The position numbers and the translations under genes are program-made. The notes below the pieces were generated by a model, which had not been told where the DNA came from, searched no databases, and saw nothing but the letters and a program-made list of their open reading frames with translations. This document shows positions 25,793-35,322 of a DNA stretch of 64,000 nucleotides, in pieces; within the stretch, counting starts at the first letter, position 1; each line of letters begins with the position of its first letter. Location of the stretch: NCBI GenBank assembly GCA_963826115.1, contig CAWGVS010000005.1, forward strand, positions 1,312,001 through 1,376,000, written 5' to 3'. This stretch comes from an uncultured Candidatus Rokubacteria bacterium (GTDB taxonomy: Bacteria > Methylomirabilota > Methylomirabilia > Rokubacteriales > DASRDR01).

Positions 25793-28207
25793 TCAGGCGC
25801 GAGGGCGCTGGTTCTCCGGATCGAACGGCGGCTCCGCAACCACCGTCGCGGGACAGCGCTCGCCCAGGACGTCAAGGGCCAGGCGCGTCTCGGGCGTCGC
25901 CAGGCCGGCGTCGACGTACGCCACCGCCAGGCTCCGCCCGAGCCAGTGGGCGTAGCCGCCCGAGGTCGTGATCCCCACGATGCGCTCCCCCGCCCAGACC
26001 GCCTCGTTGCCCCAGCAGTCGGCGTCCCGCGCCGAGACCTCGAGCGTCGCGAGACGCTTCCGCGGGCCTTCCCGGCGCTGCCGGAGGAGCGCGTCCCGGC
26101 CGATGAAGTCGCCCTTGTCGAACGCGACGAACCGCTCGAGTCCCGCCTCGAGCGGCGTCACCTCGGTGTTGATGTCCGCGCCCCAGGCGCGATACGCCTT
26201 CTCGAGGCGCAGCGAGTCCATCGCCCGGAGGCCGAAGTCGACGAGCCCCAGGTCCTCCCCCGCGCCCCTGAGCGTCTCGTAGAGCCCGACCTGGTGCTCT
26301 ACCGGATGGTGGAGCTCCCAGCCGAGCTCCCCCACGAAGTTGATCCGGAGGGCGCGCACCGGAGTCGACCCCACGGTGATCGTCCGCGCCGAAAGCCACG
26401 GGAACGCGGCGTTCGAGAGGTCGTCGCCGGTGACGCGCGCGAGGAGATCACGGGCGCGCGGGCCCGCCAGGATGAGCACGCCCCAGCGGGGTGTCACGTC
26501 CTCGATGGCCACGCTCGCATCCGGCGGCGCGTGCCGGCTGAGCCAGTCGAGGTCGTGCCGCTCGGCCACCGCGGCGCTCAGGACCAGGAAGCGCTCCGGC
26601 GCGAGCCGCGTCACGGTCACGTCGCACTCGATCGTGCCTCGCGGCGTCAGGAGCTGGGACAGGGCGATCCGCCCGAGCCGCGGAAGCCGGTTCGCGCAGA
26701 GCCGGTCGAGGAAGGCCTCCGCCCCCGGACCATGGACCTCGTACTTGGCGAAGCTCGAGAGCTCCAGCAGGCCGACCTGCTCGCGGACGGCGCGCGCCTC
26801 CCGGCCGACGGCGTCGAACCAGTTGGACCGCCGGAAGCTGGGCCGGTCACGCGGCTCCGTCCCGCGGGCGAACCAGTACGGACGCTCCCAGCCGTTCCGC
26901 ACACCGAAGACCGCGCCCGCCGCGCGGAACCGGTCGTACAGCGGGCTCGTCCGCGCCGGGCGGCCCGGCCGCCGGTCGTCCTGCGGGTAGACGATCGCGT
27001 ACTCGTCCTCGTAGATGTCGATGCAGCGGGCGACCGCGTAGCGCTCGGTGGCGTACGCCCCGTAGCGGCGCGGGTCGAGCTCCCACAGGTCGATGGACGG
27101 CTGACCCTCGACGATCCACTCCGCCAGGTACTGACCGATCCCGCCCGCCTGCGTGATCCCGAAGCTCAGCCCGCACGCCAGCCAGAAACCGGGCAGGCCG
27201 AACGCGGGGCCGATCAACGGATTCCCGTCCGGTGTGTACGTGATCGGCCCGTTGACGATCCGCTGGACGCCCGCGCGCGCGAGCGCGGGCACCCGGGCCA
27301 TGGCGGCCTCGACGATCGTCCGGAGCCGCTCGGGGTCCGGCGGCAGGAGGTCGGCCCCGAAGCCCGGCGGGATGCCGCCGACGCCGAACGGCTTCGCCCC
27401 GCGCTCGTAGGGCCCGAGCAGCAGCCCGTTCGCTTCCTGCCGGAGGTAGTACGAGACGTCCACCTCGCGGAGGAGCGGCAGCTCGCGGGCGAGCCCCGCG
27501 ACCTCGGGGATCGCCTCCGTCACGAGGTACTGGTGCTCCATGGGCACGATCGGCAGGTCCAGGCCGGCCAGCTGGCCGACCTCGCGCGCCCACGTTCCCG
27601 CGGCGTTGACCACGATCTCGGCCAGGAAGTCCCCGCGGTCGGTGGCGATCCGCCACTCCCCGCCCGGCGTCCGCGCGAGGCCGGTCACCCGCGTGTGCCG
27701 GTGGACGCGAGCGCCACGGTCGCGCGCGCCCTTGACCAAGGCCTGGGTCACGCTCGTCGGGTCGACGTGGCCGTCCTCGGGATTCCAGACGGCGCCGAGG
27801 AGGCCCCGGGTCTCGACGAGCGGATGGAGCCGCCGGATCTCCTCGGGGCCGATCACCTCGAACGGGAGCCCGATCGTCCGCGCCTTGCCCCGGTGGCGGA
27901 GGTACTCGTCCATCCGGTCCGGCACCGAGGCGAGCCGGAGGCTTCCGGGCCGGTGGAAACCGACCGCCTGTCCGGTCTCCGCCTCGAGTCGCTGATAGAG
28001 CTCGGTGCTGGCCAGGTGGATCCGGGAGATGTTCAGGCTCGTGTTGAAGTGCGGCGTGTTGCCGGCCGCGTGCCAGGTCGAGCCCGAGGCGAGCTCGCCC
28101 CGCTCGAGGAGGACCGCGTCGGTCCAGCCGGCGCGCGCGAGATGGTACAGGAGGCTCGCGCCCATGATGCCGCCCCCGATGACGGCGACGCGCGCGGTCT
28201 CGGTCAT
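25793..28207 (-). CDS. GcvT-family FAD-dependent oxidoreductase (dimethylglycine/sarcosine dehydrogenase-like)
   Basis: GGGIMG, LERGELASGSTWHAAG, DGHVDP, NGPITYTPDG, GWERP, SLRLEKAYR folate-binding domain. Confidence 0.93.
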   Translation of the reverse strand: MTETARVAVIGGGIMGASLLYHLARAGWTDAVLLERGELASGSTWHAAGNTPHFNTSLNISRIHLASTELYQRLEAETGQAVGFHRPGSLRLASVPDRMDEYLRHRGKARTIGLPFEVIGPEEIRRLHPLVETRGLLGAVWNPEDGHVDPTSVTQALVKGARDRGARVHRHTRVTGLARTPGGEWRIATDRGDFLAEIVVNAAGTWAREVGQLAGLDLPIVPMEHQYLVTEAIPEVAGLARELPLLREVDVSYYLRQEANGLLLGPYERGAKPFGVGGIPPGFGADLLPPDPERLRTIVEAAMARVPALARAGVQRIVNGPITYTPDGNPLIGPAFGLPGFWLACGLSFGITQAGGIGQYLAEWIVEGQPSIDLWELDPRRYGAYATERYAVARCIDIYEDEYAIVYPQDDRRPGRPARTSPLYDRFRAAGAVFGVRNGWERPYWFARGTEPRDRPSFRRSNWFDAVGREARAVREQVGLLELSSFAKYEVHGPGAEAFLDRLCANRLPRLGRIALSQLLTPRGTIECDVTVTRLAPERFLVLSAAVAERHDLDWLSRHAPPDASVAIEDVTPRWGVLILAGPRARDLLARVTGDDLSNAAFPWLSARTITVGSTPVRALRINFVGELGWELHHPVEHQVGLYETLRGAGEDLGLVDFGLRAMDSLRLEKAYRAWGADINTEVTPLEAGLERFVAFDKGDFIGRDALLRQRREGPRKRLATLEVSARDADCWGNEAVWAGERIVGITTSGGYAHWLGRSLAVAYVDAGLATPETRLALDVLGERCPATVVAEPPFDPENQRPRA

Positions 28208-29346
28208 GGCTCGGCGTCGTCCGCCGGCTCGTTCTCGGCCGGGAGCGGCGGGAGCGCCGGAGGCGCCGCGCACGGGGCCGAGACCCGCGTCAGCTCCCAC
28301 GAGACGGACTCCCTGAGGCTATCGCGGTCCCCGTAGTCATGCGTAACCGCGTACTCGCCCTTCATCATCCGCCCCGAGGCGTCCAGGATGCATGGTTGCT
28401 CCGGGTCCGGGTCAGCGCCCACCCAGATTCCGCTAAAGAGCTCCTGCTGGTGGGTGGGGGGGCCACTCGCCCAGTGGGTGGTCGAGGGGTATCGGTACTC
28501 CGCAGTCCCGACATTGAACCTGTAGGAGGTCGGGCGCGATGGACCGCCCGCGACGAGAAGACCGTCCGACGTTTCTCCATCGATGTGGCTCGTCCCCGAC
28601 CCCTCGGTTCTGTTGCCGCCGCCGCTCGAGTCCGACACCACCTCCCGGAGGCGCTCGCGCACGGTGGCGTCGTCAAGGTGGAGCCCCAGGTCTCCGGAAT
28701 GCGGGCTCTCACGCAGCCGGACCGAGTAGACGGTTCGAACGGTCCGGGTGCCGAAGATGCCAACGCCGCTGCCGCCGTCGGCATGGCGGGACACACCGCG
28801 CCGGCCCACCGTGCCGAGCCAGAACCCGCAGGTCCCGTCCCCACTGCCACCACCGCCGCTATCACCTGCCCCGCTCCCACCACCCCCGAAGCCGGCCGGA
28901 GGCGGGGCCAGGTAGATCCAGCGGACCTCGCGCCGGTCGTAGGCACGCGCGGGCGTCACCACCCGGCGAGCGTCGAGACTCACGAGAGGACCCGGCCGTA
29001 CGGATCCATCCCGGAGATGGAGCTCGTCCTCACCCGGACCCCGCACCGCCGGCGGGGGCAACGGCGGGTCGTCGAGGCCGATCATCACGATGTCGCGGCG
29101 CGGGACCTCGGTCTTGTCGAGCCGGCATTCCGCGGCGTCACAGCTCAGGAGCTGGCCCCGCCGCACCTCGCTCCCGAGGATGAGGAGATCGCGGGCCTCG
29201 GCGGACGTCGACCGGACGCCGGCGCTCAGCCCGACCATCAGGCTCACGACCAAGACCGTCCGCCGGCCCACGCAGGGCCATCGCGCCGCATCGCGCTCCA
29301 GGCCCGGCCGATCGCTTACACGATCGTCGAGGCTCGCGTGGCGCAT
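28204..29346 (-). CDS. Hypothetical exported protein (tandem small beta-domains, Gly/Ser linker, beta-rich C-terminal domain)
   Basis: 380-aa ORF filling the gap between two same-strand genes with ATGA coupling; hydrophobic signal-like stretch; no family recognised. Confidence 0.7.
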   Translation of the reverse strand: MRHASLDDRVSDRPGLERDAARWPCVGRRTVLVVSLMVGLSAGVRSTSAEARDLLILGSEVRRGQLLSCDAAECRLDKTEVPRRDIVMIGLDDPPLPPPAVRGPGEDELHLRDGSVRPGPLVSLDARRVVTPARAYDRREVRWIYLAPPPAGFGGGGSGAGDSGGGGSGDGTCGFWLGTVGRRGVSRHADGGSGVGIFGTRTVRTVYSVRLRESPHSGDLGLHLDDATVRERLREVVSDSSGGGNRTEGSGTSHIDGETSDGLLVAGGPSRPTSYRFNVGTAEYRYPSTTHWASGPPTHQQELFSGIWVGADPDPEQPCILDASGRMMKGEYAVTHDYGDRDSLRESVSWELTRVSAPCAAPPALPPLPAENEPADDAEP

Positions 29347-29364
29347 CGTGACCGAGCTCCGGAA

Positions 29365-31932
29365 TCAGCCCCGTTGCCGACCCAGGTACGCGGCGATGCG
29401 CGCGGCCTCGCGCTCGCGGAACCGGACGGCGATCCGGAGCTGCTCCAGGTACTGCTCGAGGATCTTTCCGCCGAGCTCGATCTGGTGAGCCGGGAAGAAC
29501 GCGCGCACCTCCGCCTCCCATTCCGGTCGCACCAGCGCGCTGACGCCGTCGAACAGCCGGCGGAACGCGCTCGGCGGATAGACCCGGCGCATGGTCTCCC
29601 AGTGGCCCTTCACGAACTCCCACGCGATCCCGCGCCCCCAGACGCTCGCGAGGACCGCGCGCACGACGTAGGGCGCGTCCTGGCTCCGGATCTCGCCGTC
29701 CAGCGTGTGCTGGAGCGTCTGGGTGACGAGCTCGGGCTGGCGGAACGCCGCCAACGCGTAGAGGTACCGCTGCTCCTCCTGAGGGCTCCGGGCGTGGCGG
29801 AAGCGCTCGCGGAACTCGGCGTACGCGTCGCCGCCGGCCCGGGCGAGGATGGCGATCACGGCGGGCAGCACGTTCGGATCGACCGCGCGCTCGTCACCCC
29901 GATAGCGCGAGTACAGCTCTCTCGCCTGTCCCTGGATCTCCTGGTCGTCGCCGAGAACGCCCACGGCGCGGAGGAGATCGCCTCGAAGCTGGCGCGTGAG
30001 CTCGTCCTCGCCGGGCTGCGGCGTCCACCCGAGCCGCCTGGCAGCGGGTCCGATCCGCTCCCGCACGAAAGCCTCGAGATCCTGCCGCGCGTCGTCGTCG
30101 ATCGCCCGGTTGATGTATGCGAGGGCACTGACCAGCACCGCCCACACGTTCCGGTCGGTCTCATCGCGGAAGCGCTCCGTCATGTCGAGGAACGCCGGCG
30201 CGTCGAGGTCGCCGGCTTGCGTGAGCGCGAAGCAGTCCGAGACCAACCCGAAGCGCTCGATGGGCGCGAGCACGGAGAGATCGGCGGTCAGGCGGCTCAG
30301 CAGCGCCGGCGCGTAGCCGACCCGGTAGAAGCCGGGGCCGCCCGCGTTCACCACGACCCAGTCCGGCGCGCCTGGGAGCGCGAGGTCGTCCTCGGCGCCG
30401 GCCAGGAGCAGCTTGTGCTCCGTGACCTTGCCGGCAACCGACGCCCGCGCCGACACCGGGACCCTCCAGAGCTGCGGGGCCTCCTCGGCGTCCGCGGGCG
30501 CGGTGTCGCCGAGGTACGTGAAGCGCCGCTGGGTCAGGAGGAGCTTCGACCCCTCGACCTGGACCCCCACGAGGGGGTACCCCGGGCGGAATACCCAGCC
30601 GTCCATGACATCCGGGATGGGCTGGCCTGACGCCTCGCCCAGCGCCTTCCAGAGGTCGGTGGTCTCGGCGTTCTCGTACTCGTGCCACCGGAGGTAGAGA
30701 CGCACGCCCTCGCGGAAGGTGTCCGGTCCGATGTGCTGCTCGAGCATGCGCAGGACCGACGCGCCCTTCTCGTAGGTGAGGAGGTCGAACATCGCCTCGC
30801 AGTCCCGCGGCGCCCGCACGTCGTACTCGATGGGCCGGCTCGAGTGAAGGCCGTCGATCCCCATCGCGGCCGCGCGCGAGACGCCGAAGCTCACCCAGCG
30901 TTGCCACTCGGGCTTCCACGCATGGACCGCAAGCATCTCCATGAAGGTGGCGAACGCCTCGTTGAGCCAGATGCCGTTCCACCACGTCATCGTCACGAGG
31001 TCGCCGAACCACATGTGCGCGAGCTCGTGGGCGACCACGTCCGCGATGCGCTCCAGGTCCGAGTGGGTCGCCGCCGCCTCGTCGACCAGCAGCGCCGTCT
31101 CGCGGAACGTGATGGCGCCGAGGTTCTCCATGGCGCCCGACGCGAAATCGGGAATCGCCAGCAGGTCGACCTTGTCGCTCGGGTACGGGATGCCGTAGTA
31201 GCGCTCGAAGAAGTCGAGACAGAAGGCGCCGGCCGTCCGGGCGTAGCTGGCCAAGTGGCGCTTCCCCTGGACGCACCAGACACGGAGCGGGGTCTTCCCG
31301 ACCATCACCGGCTCGGTCGACTCGAGCTCGCCGACGATGAATGCGACCAGGTAGGTGGACATCCGGATGGTGTCGCCGAACGTCACCGCGCGCCGGCCGT
31401 CGGCGACCGACTCCTCGCGGACGGGTGCGGTGTTCGAGATCGCGGTGTAGCCCTCGGGCACCACCAGCGTCACGCCGAACACGGCCTTGAGGGCGGGCTC
31501 GTCCCAGCACGGGAACGCGCGGCGCGCGTCGACGGCCTCGAACTGCGTGGCCGCCATGACGTGCGTCCGTCCGTCCGCACCCTTGAAGGTCGAGCGATAG
31601 AAGCCGTGGAGCTGGTCGTTCAGGATCCCCTGGAAGGTGATGCGGAGGCTCCACGCTCCGGGGCGAAGCGCGCGGGGGAAGCGGAGGTGCACGCGGTCCT
31701 CCGTCGCCGGGTCGAGCGACGCCGTGCCCTCGAGCCGCGTCCCGTCCGGCGCTTCCGCCGCGACGTGGGTGATCGTGAGCTCGACGGCGTTCAGCTGCAC
31801 CTCGTCCGTCTCGTCTCGGACCTCCACCTGGACGGTCTCCTCGCCGGCGTACGTCGCGGTCTCGAGGTCGGGCTCGAGCCGGATGTCGTAGCGGCTCGGG
31901 ACGACGGTCCTGGGCAGGCGGTGGCTGTTCAC
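29365..31932 (-). CDS. pepN: M1-family aminopeptidase with ERAP1-like C-terminal domain
   Basis: TQFE..DARRAFPCWDEP, GAMEN, HELAH-X18-E (WLNEAFA), YEKG; GTG 31932 with GGGGAG SD. Confidence 0.93.
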   Translation of the reverse strand: MNSHRLPRTVVPSRYDIRLEPDLETATYAGEETVQVEVRDETDEVQLNAVELTITHVAAEAPDGTRLEGTASLDPATEDRVHLRFPRALRPGAWSLRITFQGILNDQLHGFYRSTFKGADGRTHVMAATQFEAVDARRAFPCWDEPALKAVFGVTLVVPEGYTAISNTAPVREESVADGRRAVTFGDTIRMSTYLVAFIVGELESTEPVMVGKTPLRVWCVQGKRHLASYARTAGAFCLDFFERYYGIPYPSDKVDLLAIPDFASGAMENLGAITFRETALLVDEAAATHSDLERIADVVAHELAHMWFGDLVTMTWWNGIWLNEAFATFMEMLAVHAWKPEWQRWVSFGVSRAAAMGIDGLHSSRPIEYDVRAPRDCEAMFDLLTYEKGASVLRMLEQHIGPDTFREGVRLYLRWHEYENAETTDLWKALGEASGQPIPDVMDGWVFRPGYPLVGVQVEGSKLLLTQRRFTYLGDTAPADAEEAPQLWRVPVSARASVAGKVTEHKLLLAGAEDDLALPGAPDWVVVNAGGPGFYRVGYAPALLSRLTADLSVLAPIERFGLVSDCFALTQAGDLDAPAFLDMTERFRDETDRNVWAVLVSALAYINRAIDDDARQDLEAFVRERIGPAARRLGWTPQPGEDELTRQLRGDLLRAVGVLGDDQEIQGQARELYSRYRGDERAVDPNVLPAVIAILARAGGDAYAEFRERFRHARSPQEEQRYLYALAAFRQPELVTQTLQHTLDGEIRSQDAPYVVRAVLASVWGRGIAWEFVKGHWETMRRVYPPSAFRRLFDGVSALVRPEWEAEVRAFFPAHQIELGGKILEQYLEQLRIAVRFREREAARIAAYLGRQRG

Positions 31933-32094
31933 GTGGCTCCCCTTTCCGGGCTCCGGCGGCGGCCGCCGGTCTGTTGACGACGATGGAGCCCCGGCGCAAC
32001 GCCGCGCGGGGCCCCGATGGAGGATACCATCCGGCAGCGCGTGGTGGCCCGCGGTCGGCCGCCTCGGTCCGAACGCTCCTCGAGGCGGCCGCCG

Positions 32095-32123
32095 TTGACG
32101 CTGCGTGTGCGCGCGTGTATATG
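32095..32123 (+). promoter_or_regulatory. Putative sigma70 promoter for the DinB pair
   Basis: TTGACG-N17-TATATG upstream of GGAGG SD and ATG 32175. Confidence 0.45.
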
Positions 32124-32174
32124 ACCCGTGAGCCCGCACCCTGGACCGTCCGGTTCCCCAATGGAGGCTGCCGC

Positions 32175-32645
32175 ATGAGCGAGCGCGCGAAGACCCTGGC
32201 CCACCAGCTCGAGCAGGCGAACCAGTCGTTGGCCGCCACCCTCGAAGGGCTCTCGGATGCCCAGTGGCGGACCAAGACGCCCGGCGACGGCCGGAGCGTC
32301 GGCGTCGTCGCCCATCACGTGGCCGCGAGCCACAAGTCGGTCGCCGGTCTCGTCGGAGCGATCACGCACGGCAAGACGATCCCGGCCCTCACGATGGACA
32401 TGATCCACGAGGGCAACGCGGCGCACGCGGCCCAGCACGCGAGCTGCACGAAGGCGGAGACCCTGGCCCTCCTCCACCAGAACGGAACGGCTGCCGTTGC
32501 GACGGTCAGAGGGCTCGGCGACGCGGATCTGGATCGGACCGCGACCCTGCCCATGGGGACGATCACCGTGGCCAAGCTGATCGAGATGGTCCTCGTCGGT
32601 CACGCCAACGATCACCACGGCACCATCCGCCGGGCCATCGCCTGA
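32175..32645 (+). CDS. DinB/MDMPI-superfamily protein, copy 1
   Basis: LSDAQW, SVGVVAHHVA, L.DADLDR, GHANDH metal-binding His. Confidence 0.85.
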   Translation: MSERAKTLAHQLEQANQSLAATLEGLSDAQWRTKTPGDGRSVGVVAHHVAASHKSVAGLVGAITHGKTIPALTMDMIHEGNAAHAAQHASCTKAETLALLHQNGTAAVATVRGLGDADLDRTATLPMGTITVAKLIEMVLVGHANDHHGTIRRAIA

Positions 32646-32724
32646 CGCGGTCGGCCGTCGACATGGCGTCTGGACACCCACACCGGTTGGCGACCCTCGC
32701 CGACCCGCGGGAGGACCGCCGACG

Positions 32725-33189
32725 ATGAGCGAGCGCGCGCAGGCCCTGGCCGACCGCTTCGAGCAAGCCAACCGCGAGCTGATCCAGACGGTCGAGCGGC
32801 TGTCCGACGCCCAGTGGAAGATGCAGACGGCCGGCGAGGGATGGACCGTCGGCGTCGTCGCCCACCACGTGGCCGGCGGTCATGTCGGGATATCCGGCTG
32901 GGTGCAGAAGATCGCCAACGGCGACCCCATCACCGTCGACATGGACGCGATCCACAAGCGCAACGCCGAGCACGCGGTCGAGCACGCGCACACCACGAAG
33001 GCCGAGACGCTGGCCCTCCTCCGCCAGAACGGGGCCGCGGCCGCCGCCGTCGTGCGGGGGCTCGGCGACGCTCAGCTCGACCGCGTCGGGGGCGCCATGA
33101 AGATGAGCGCCTCGCAGGCGATCGAGCGCATCCTCATCGGTCACGTGCAGGACCACCACGGCAGCGTCAAGAAGGCCATCGGCGCCTGA
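32725..33189 (+). CDS. DinB/MDMPI-superfamily protein, copy 2
   Basis: LSDAQW, GWTVGVVAHHVA, GHVQDH; clear paralogue of the upstream gene. Confidence 0.85.
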   Translation: MSERAQALADRFEQANRELIQTVERLSDAQWKMQTAGEGWTVGVVAHHVAGGHVGISGWVQKIANGDPITVDMDAIHKRNAEHAVEHAHTTKAETLALLRQNGAAAAAVVRGLGDAQLDRVGGAMKMSASQAIERILIGHVQDHHGSVKKAIGA

Positions 33190-33256
33190 CGGGGTCGGAC
33201 TCCGCGGCAACCGGCCGCCGGGCGCTCGGCCGCCCGCTCCGGGCCGCCTGATCGAC

Positions 33257-34003
33257 ATGCTCGCCCGTCTCGGTCTGGCCCTGGCCCCGATCCTGCTCCT
33301 GCTGCTCGCCGCGTGCGGGACGCTCGCGCGCGACCCCGCGTGGTGGCAGGCGCGACGCGACTCGTCCGAGCAGGCCCCCGACCCCGCCACGACGCCCGCG
33401 GCCGTGATCCAGATCTACGCGGCGCGCACCGTCGGGTGGAAGGGCGCGCTCGGCGTCCACACGTGGATCGCCGTGAAGCGGTCCGGCGCGCCCGAGTACA
33501 CGCGTTACGAGGTCATCGGCTGGGGCGTGGACCGGGGCGCCTCGGCGCTCCGCGTGAACCGGACGGGACCGGACAACTACTGGTTCGGGAGCCGGCCCGA
33601 CCTCCTGGTCGACGCGCGCGGCGAGGGGGTCGACGCGCTGATCGACCGGCTCGAGGCCGCGGTGGGCGCCTATCCCTACCCCGCGACGTACCGCACGTGG
33701 CCGGGCCCGAACAGCAACACGTTCACCGCGTTCGTCGGCCGCTCCGTCCCCGAGCTACGCCTCGATCTGCCGCCGACCGCGGTGGGGAAGGACTTCCTCC
33801 CCGGCGGCGCGCCGGTGGGGCTCGCGCCGAGTGGCACCGGTGTCCAGGTCTCGGTCCTCGGTCTCGCCGGCGTCCTCGTCGGCTGGGAGGAAGGACTCGA
33901 GGTCAACGTCCTCGGGCTCACGTTCGGTCTCGACTGGAATCGCCCCGCCCTGAAGCTCCCGGGCGTCGGCCGGCTCGGCGTCCCCCAGACCCCCGCGCCC
34001 TGA
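33257..34003 (+). CDS. DUF3750-domain protein
   Basis: QIYAAR..GW.G...VHTWI, RYEVIGW, YP....YRTWPGPNSNTF, LPPTAVGKD; possible lipobox LAAC. Confidence 0.8.
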   Translation: MLARLGLALAPILLLLLAACGTLARDPAWWQARRDSSEQAPDPATTPAAVIQIYAARTVGWKGALGVHTWIAVKRSGAPEYTRYEVIGWGVDRGASALRVNRTGPDNYWFGSRPDLLVDARGEGVDALIDRLEAAVGAYPYPATYRTWPGPNSNTFTAFVGRSVPELRLDLPPTAVGKDFLPGGAPVGLAPSGTGVQVSVLGLAGVLVGWEEGLEVNVLGLTFGLDWNRPALKLPGVGRLGVPQTPAP

Positions 34004-34176
34004 CGACCGCGGCCCGCGGCCCGCGCGGCACGCGCGGACCGAGCACCCGACGTTGCGGGCGCCCCACGGTTCCCCTATCATGCGAAGGGTGCCATGAGGA
34101 CCTGGCCGCGCCCCGCCGCCCCGCTCTGCTGCGGAGCATTCCCCCTCGCCACTCGCCGCCGTCCCGGAGGACCCGC

Positions 34177-35253
34177 GTGAAGAAGAACTTCTACAGCGAC
34201 AACGTCTCCGGCGCCACGCCCGAAATCCTGCGGGCGATCGTCGAGTCGAACCACGACGACACCCCGCCCTACGGCGCCGACCAGTACACGCAGCGGCTGG
34301 AGCGGCGGATGGCCGAGTTCTTCGAGACGGAGCTCGAGGTCTACCCGGTCGGTACCGGCACGGTGGCGAACGGGCTCTGCGCCTCGATCCTCTGCACGCC
34401 GTACGGCGCGATCTACTGCGCCGAGATCTCGCACCTCCACTCCAGCGAGTGCGGCGGGACGGAGTTCTGGTCGGGGGGCGGCGCGCGGAGCGTCCCGCTC
34501 CCCACCGTGGACGGCAGGATCCAGGTCGCGGCCCTGGTGGAGACGATCGAGGCGGGTACGCTGCGGACCGCCGACCCGCCGGGCAAGGCGCTCAGCCTCA
34601 CCCAGGGGACCGAGGCCGGAACGGTCTACGCGCTTCGCGAGCTGCGCGAGCTGGCGGCGGCCGCCCACGCGAAGGGCCTCCTGGTCCACATGGACGGCGC
34701 GCGCTTCGCGAACGCCGCGGCGCGACTCGGCTGCACGCCGGCCGAGCTCACCTGGAAGGCGGGCGTCGACGTCCTGTCGTTCGGGGCCACGAAGAACGGC
34801 GCGCTCTGCGGCGAGGCCGTCGTCTTCTTCGACCGCAAGCTCGGCGAGACGATGCGCTATCGGCGGCGCCGGGCCGGCCATCACTACTCGAAGATGCGGC
34901 TCCTCTCGGCGCAGCTCCTCGCCTTCCTCGAGGACGATCTCTGGCTGCGGAGCGCCCGCCACGCGAACGCGATGGCCGCCCGCGTGCGCCAGGGCCTGGC
35001 CGACATCCCCGGCGTCCACTTCCCGCACCCGACCGAGATCAACTTCGTGCTGACGGCGCTGCCGAAGCCCGTGTGGGACGGCCTGGTCGCCGACGGCTAC
35101 AGCTTCTCCCGGCGCGGCGCGCCCCGGGACGGCGTCATCCGGATCGCGTGCTCCTGGGATACCCCGGTCGAGGCGGTCGACGCGCTGGTCGAGGCCGCCC
35201 ACCGACACGCCGGTCTCGTGCCGGCCGGCGCGGCGGCTGACGGCCGCGCGTGA
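34177..35253 (+). CDS. ltaE: Low-specificity L-threonine aldolase
   Basis: F.SDN, YG.D, TGT.AN, TQGTE.GTVY, HMDGARFANA, SFGATKNG PLP-Lys; GGAGG SD then GTG. Confidence 0.88.
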   Translation: MKKNFYSDNVSGATPEILRAIVESNHDDTPPYGADQYTQRLERRMAEFFETELEVYPVGTGTVANGLCASILCTPYGAIYCAEISHLHSSECGGTEFWSGGGARSVPLPTVDGRIQVAALVETIEAGTLRTADPPGKALSLTQGTEAGTVYALRELRELAAAAHAKGLLVHMDGARFANAAARLGCTPAELTWKAGVDVLSFGATKNGALCGEAVVFFDRKLGETMRYRRRRAGHHYSKMRLLSAQLLAFLEDDLWLRSARHANAMAARVRQGLADIPGVHFPHPTEINFVLTALPKPVWDGLVADGYSFSRRGAPRDGVIRIACSWDTPVEAVDALVEAAHRHAGLVPAGAAADGRA

Positions 35254-35322
35254 CGTGCGGGACGGCCCGCCGGCCGTCCCGCGCGCCGCCACCCGCCGCC
35301 CGCGACACCCGGGGTCCGCCTG

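Noticed and set aside
25139-28336. 1065-aa plus-strand ORF
   Set aside because: Antisense shadow of the GcvT-family gene; stop codons are scarce in high-GC DNA and no motif is recognisable
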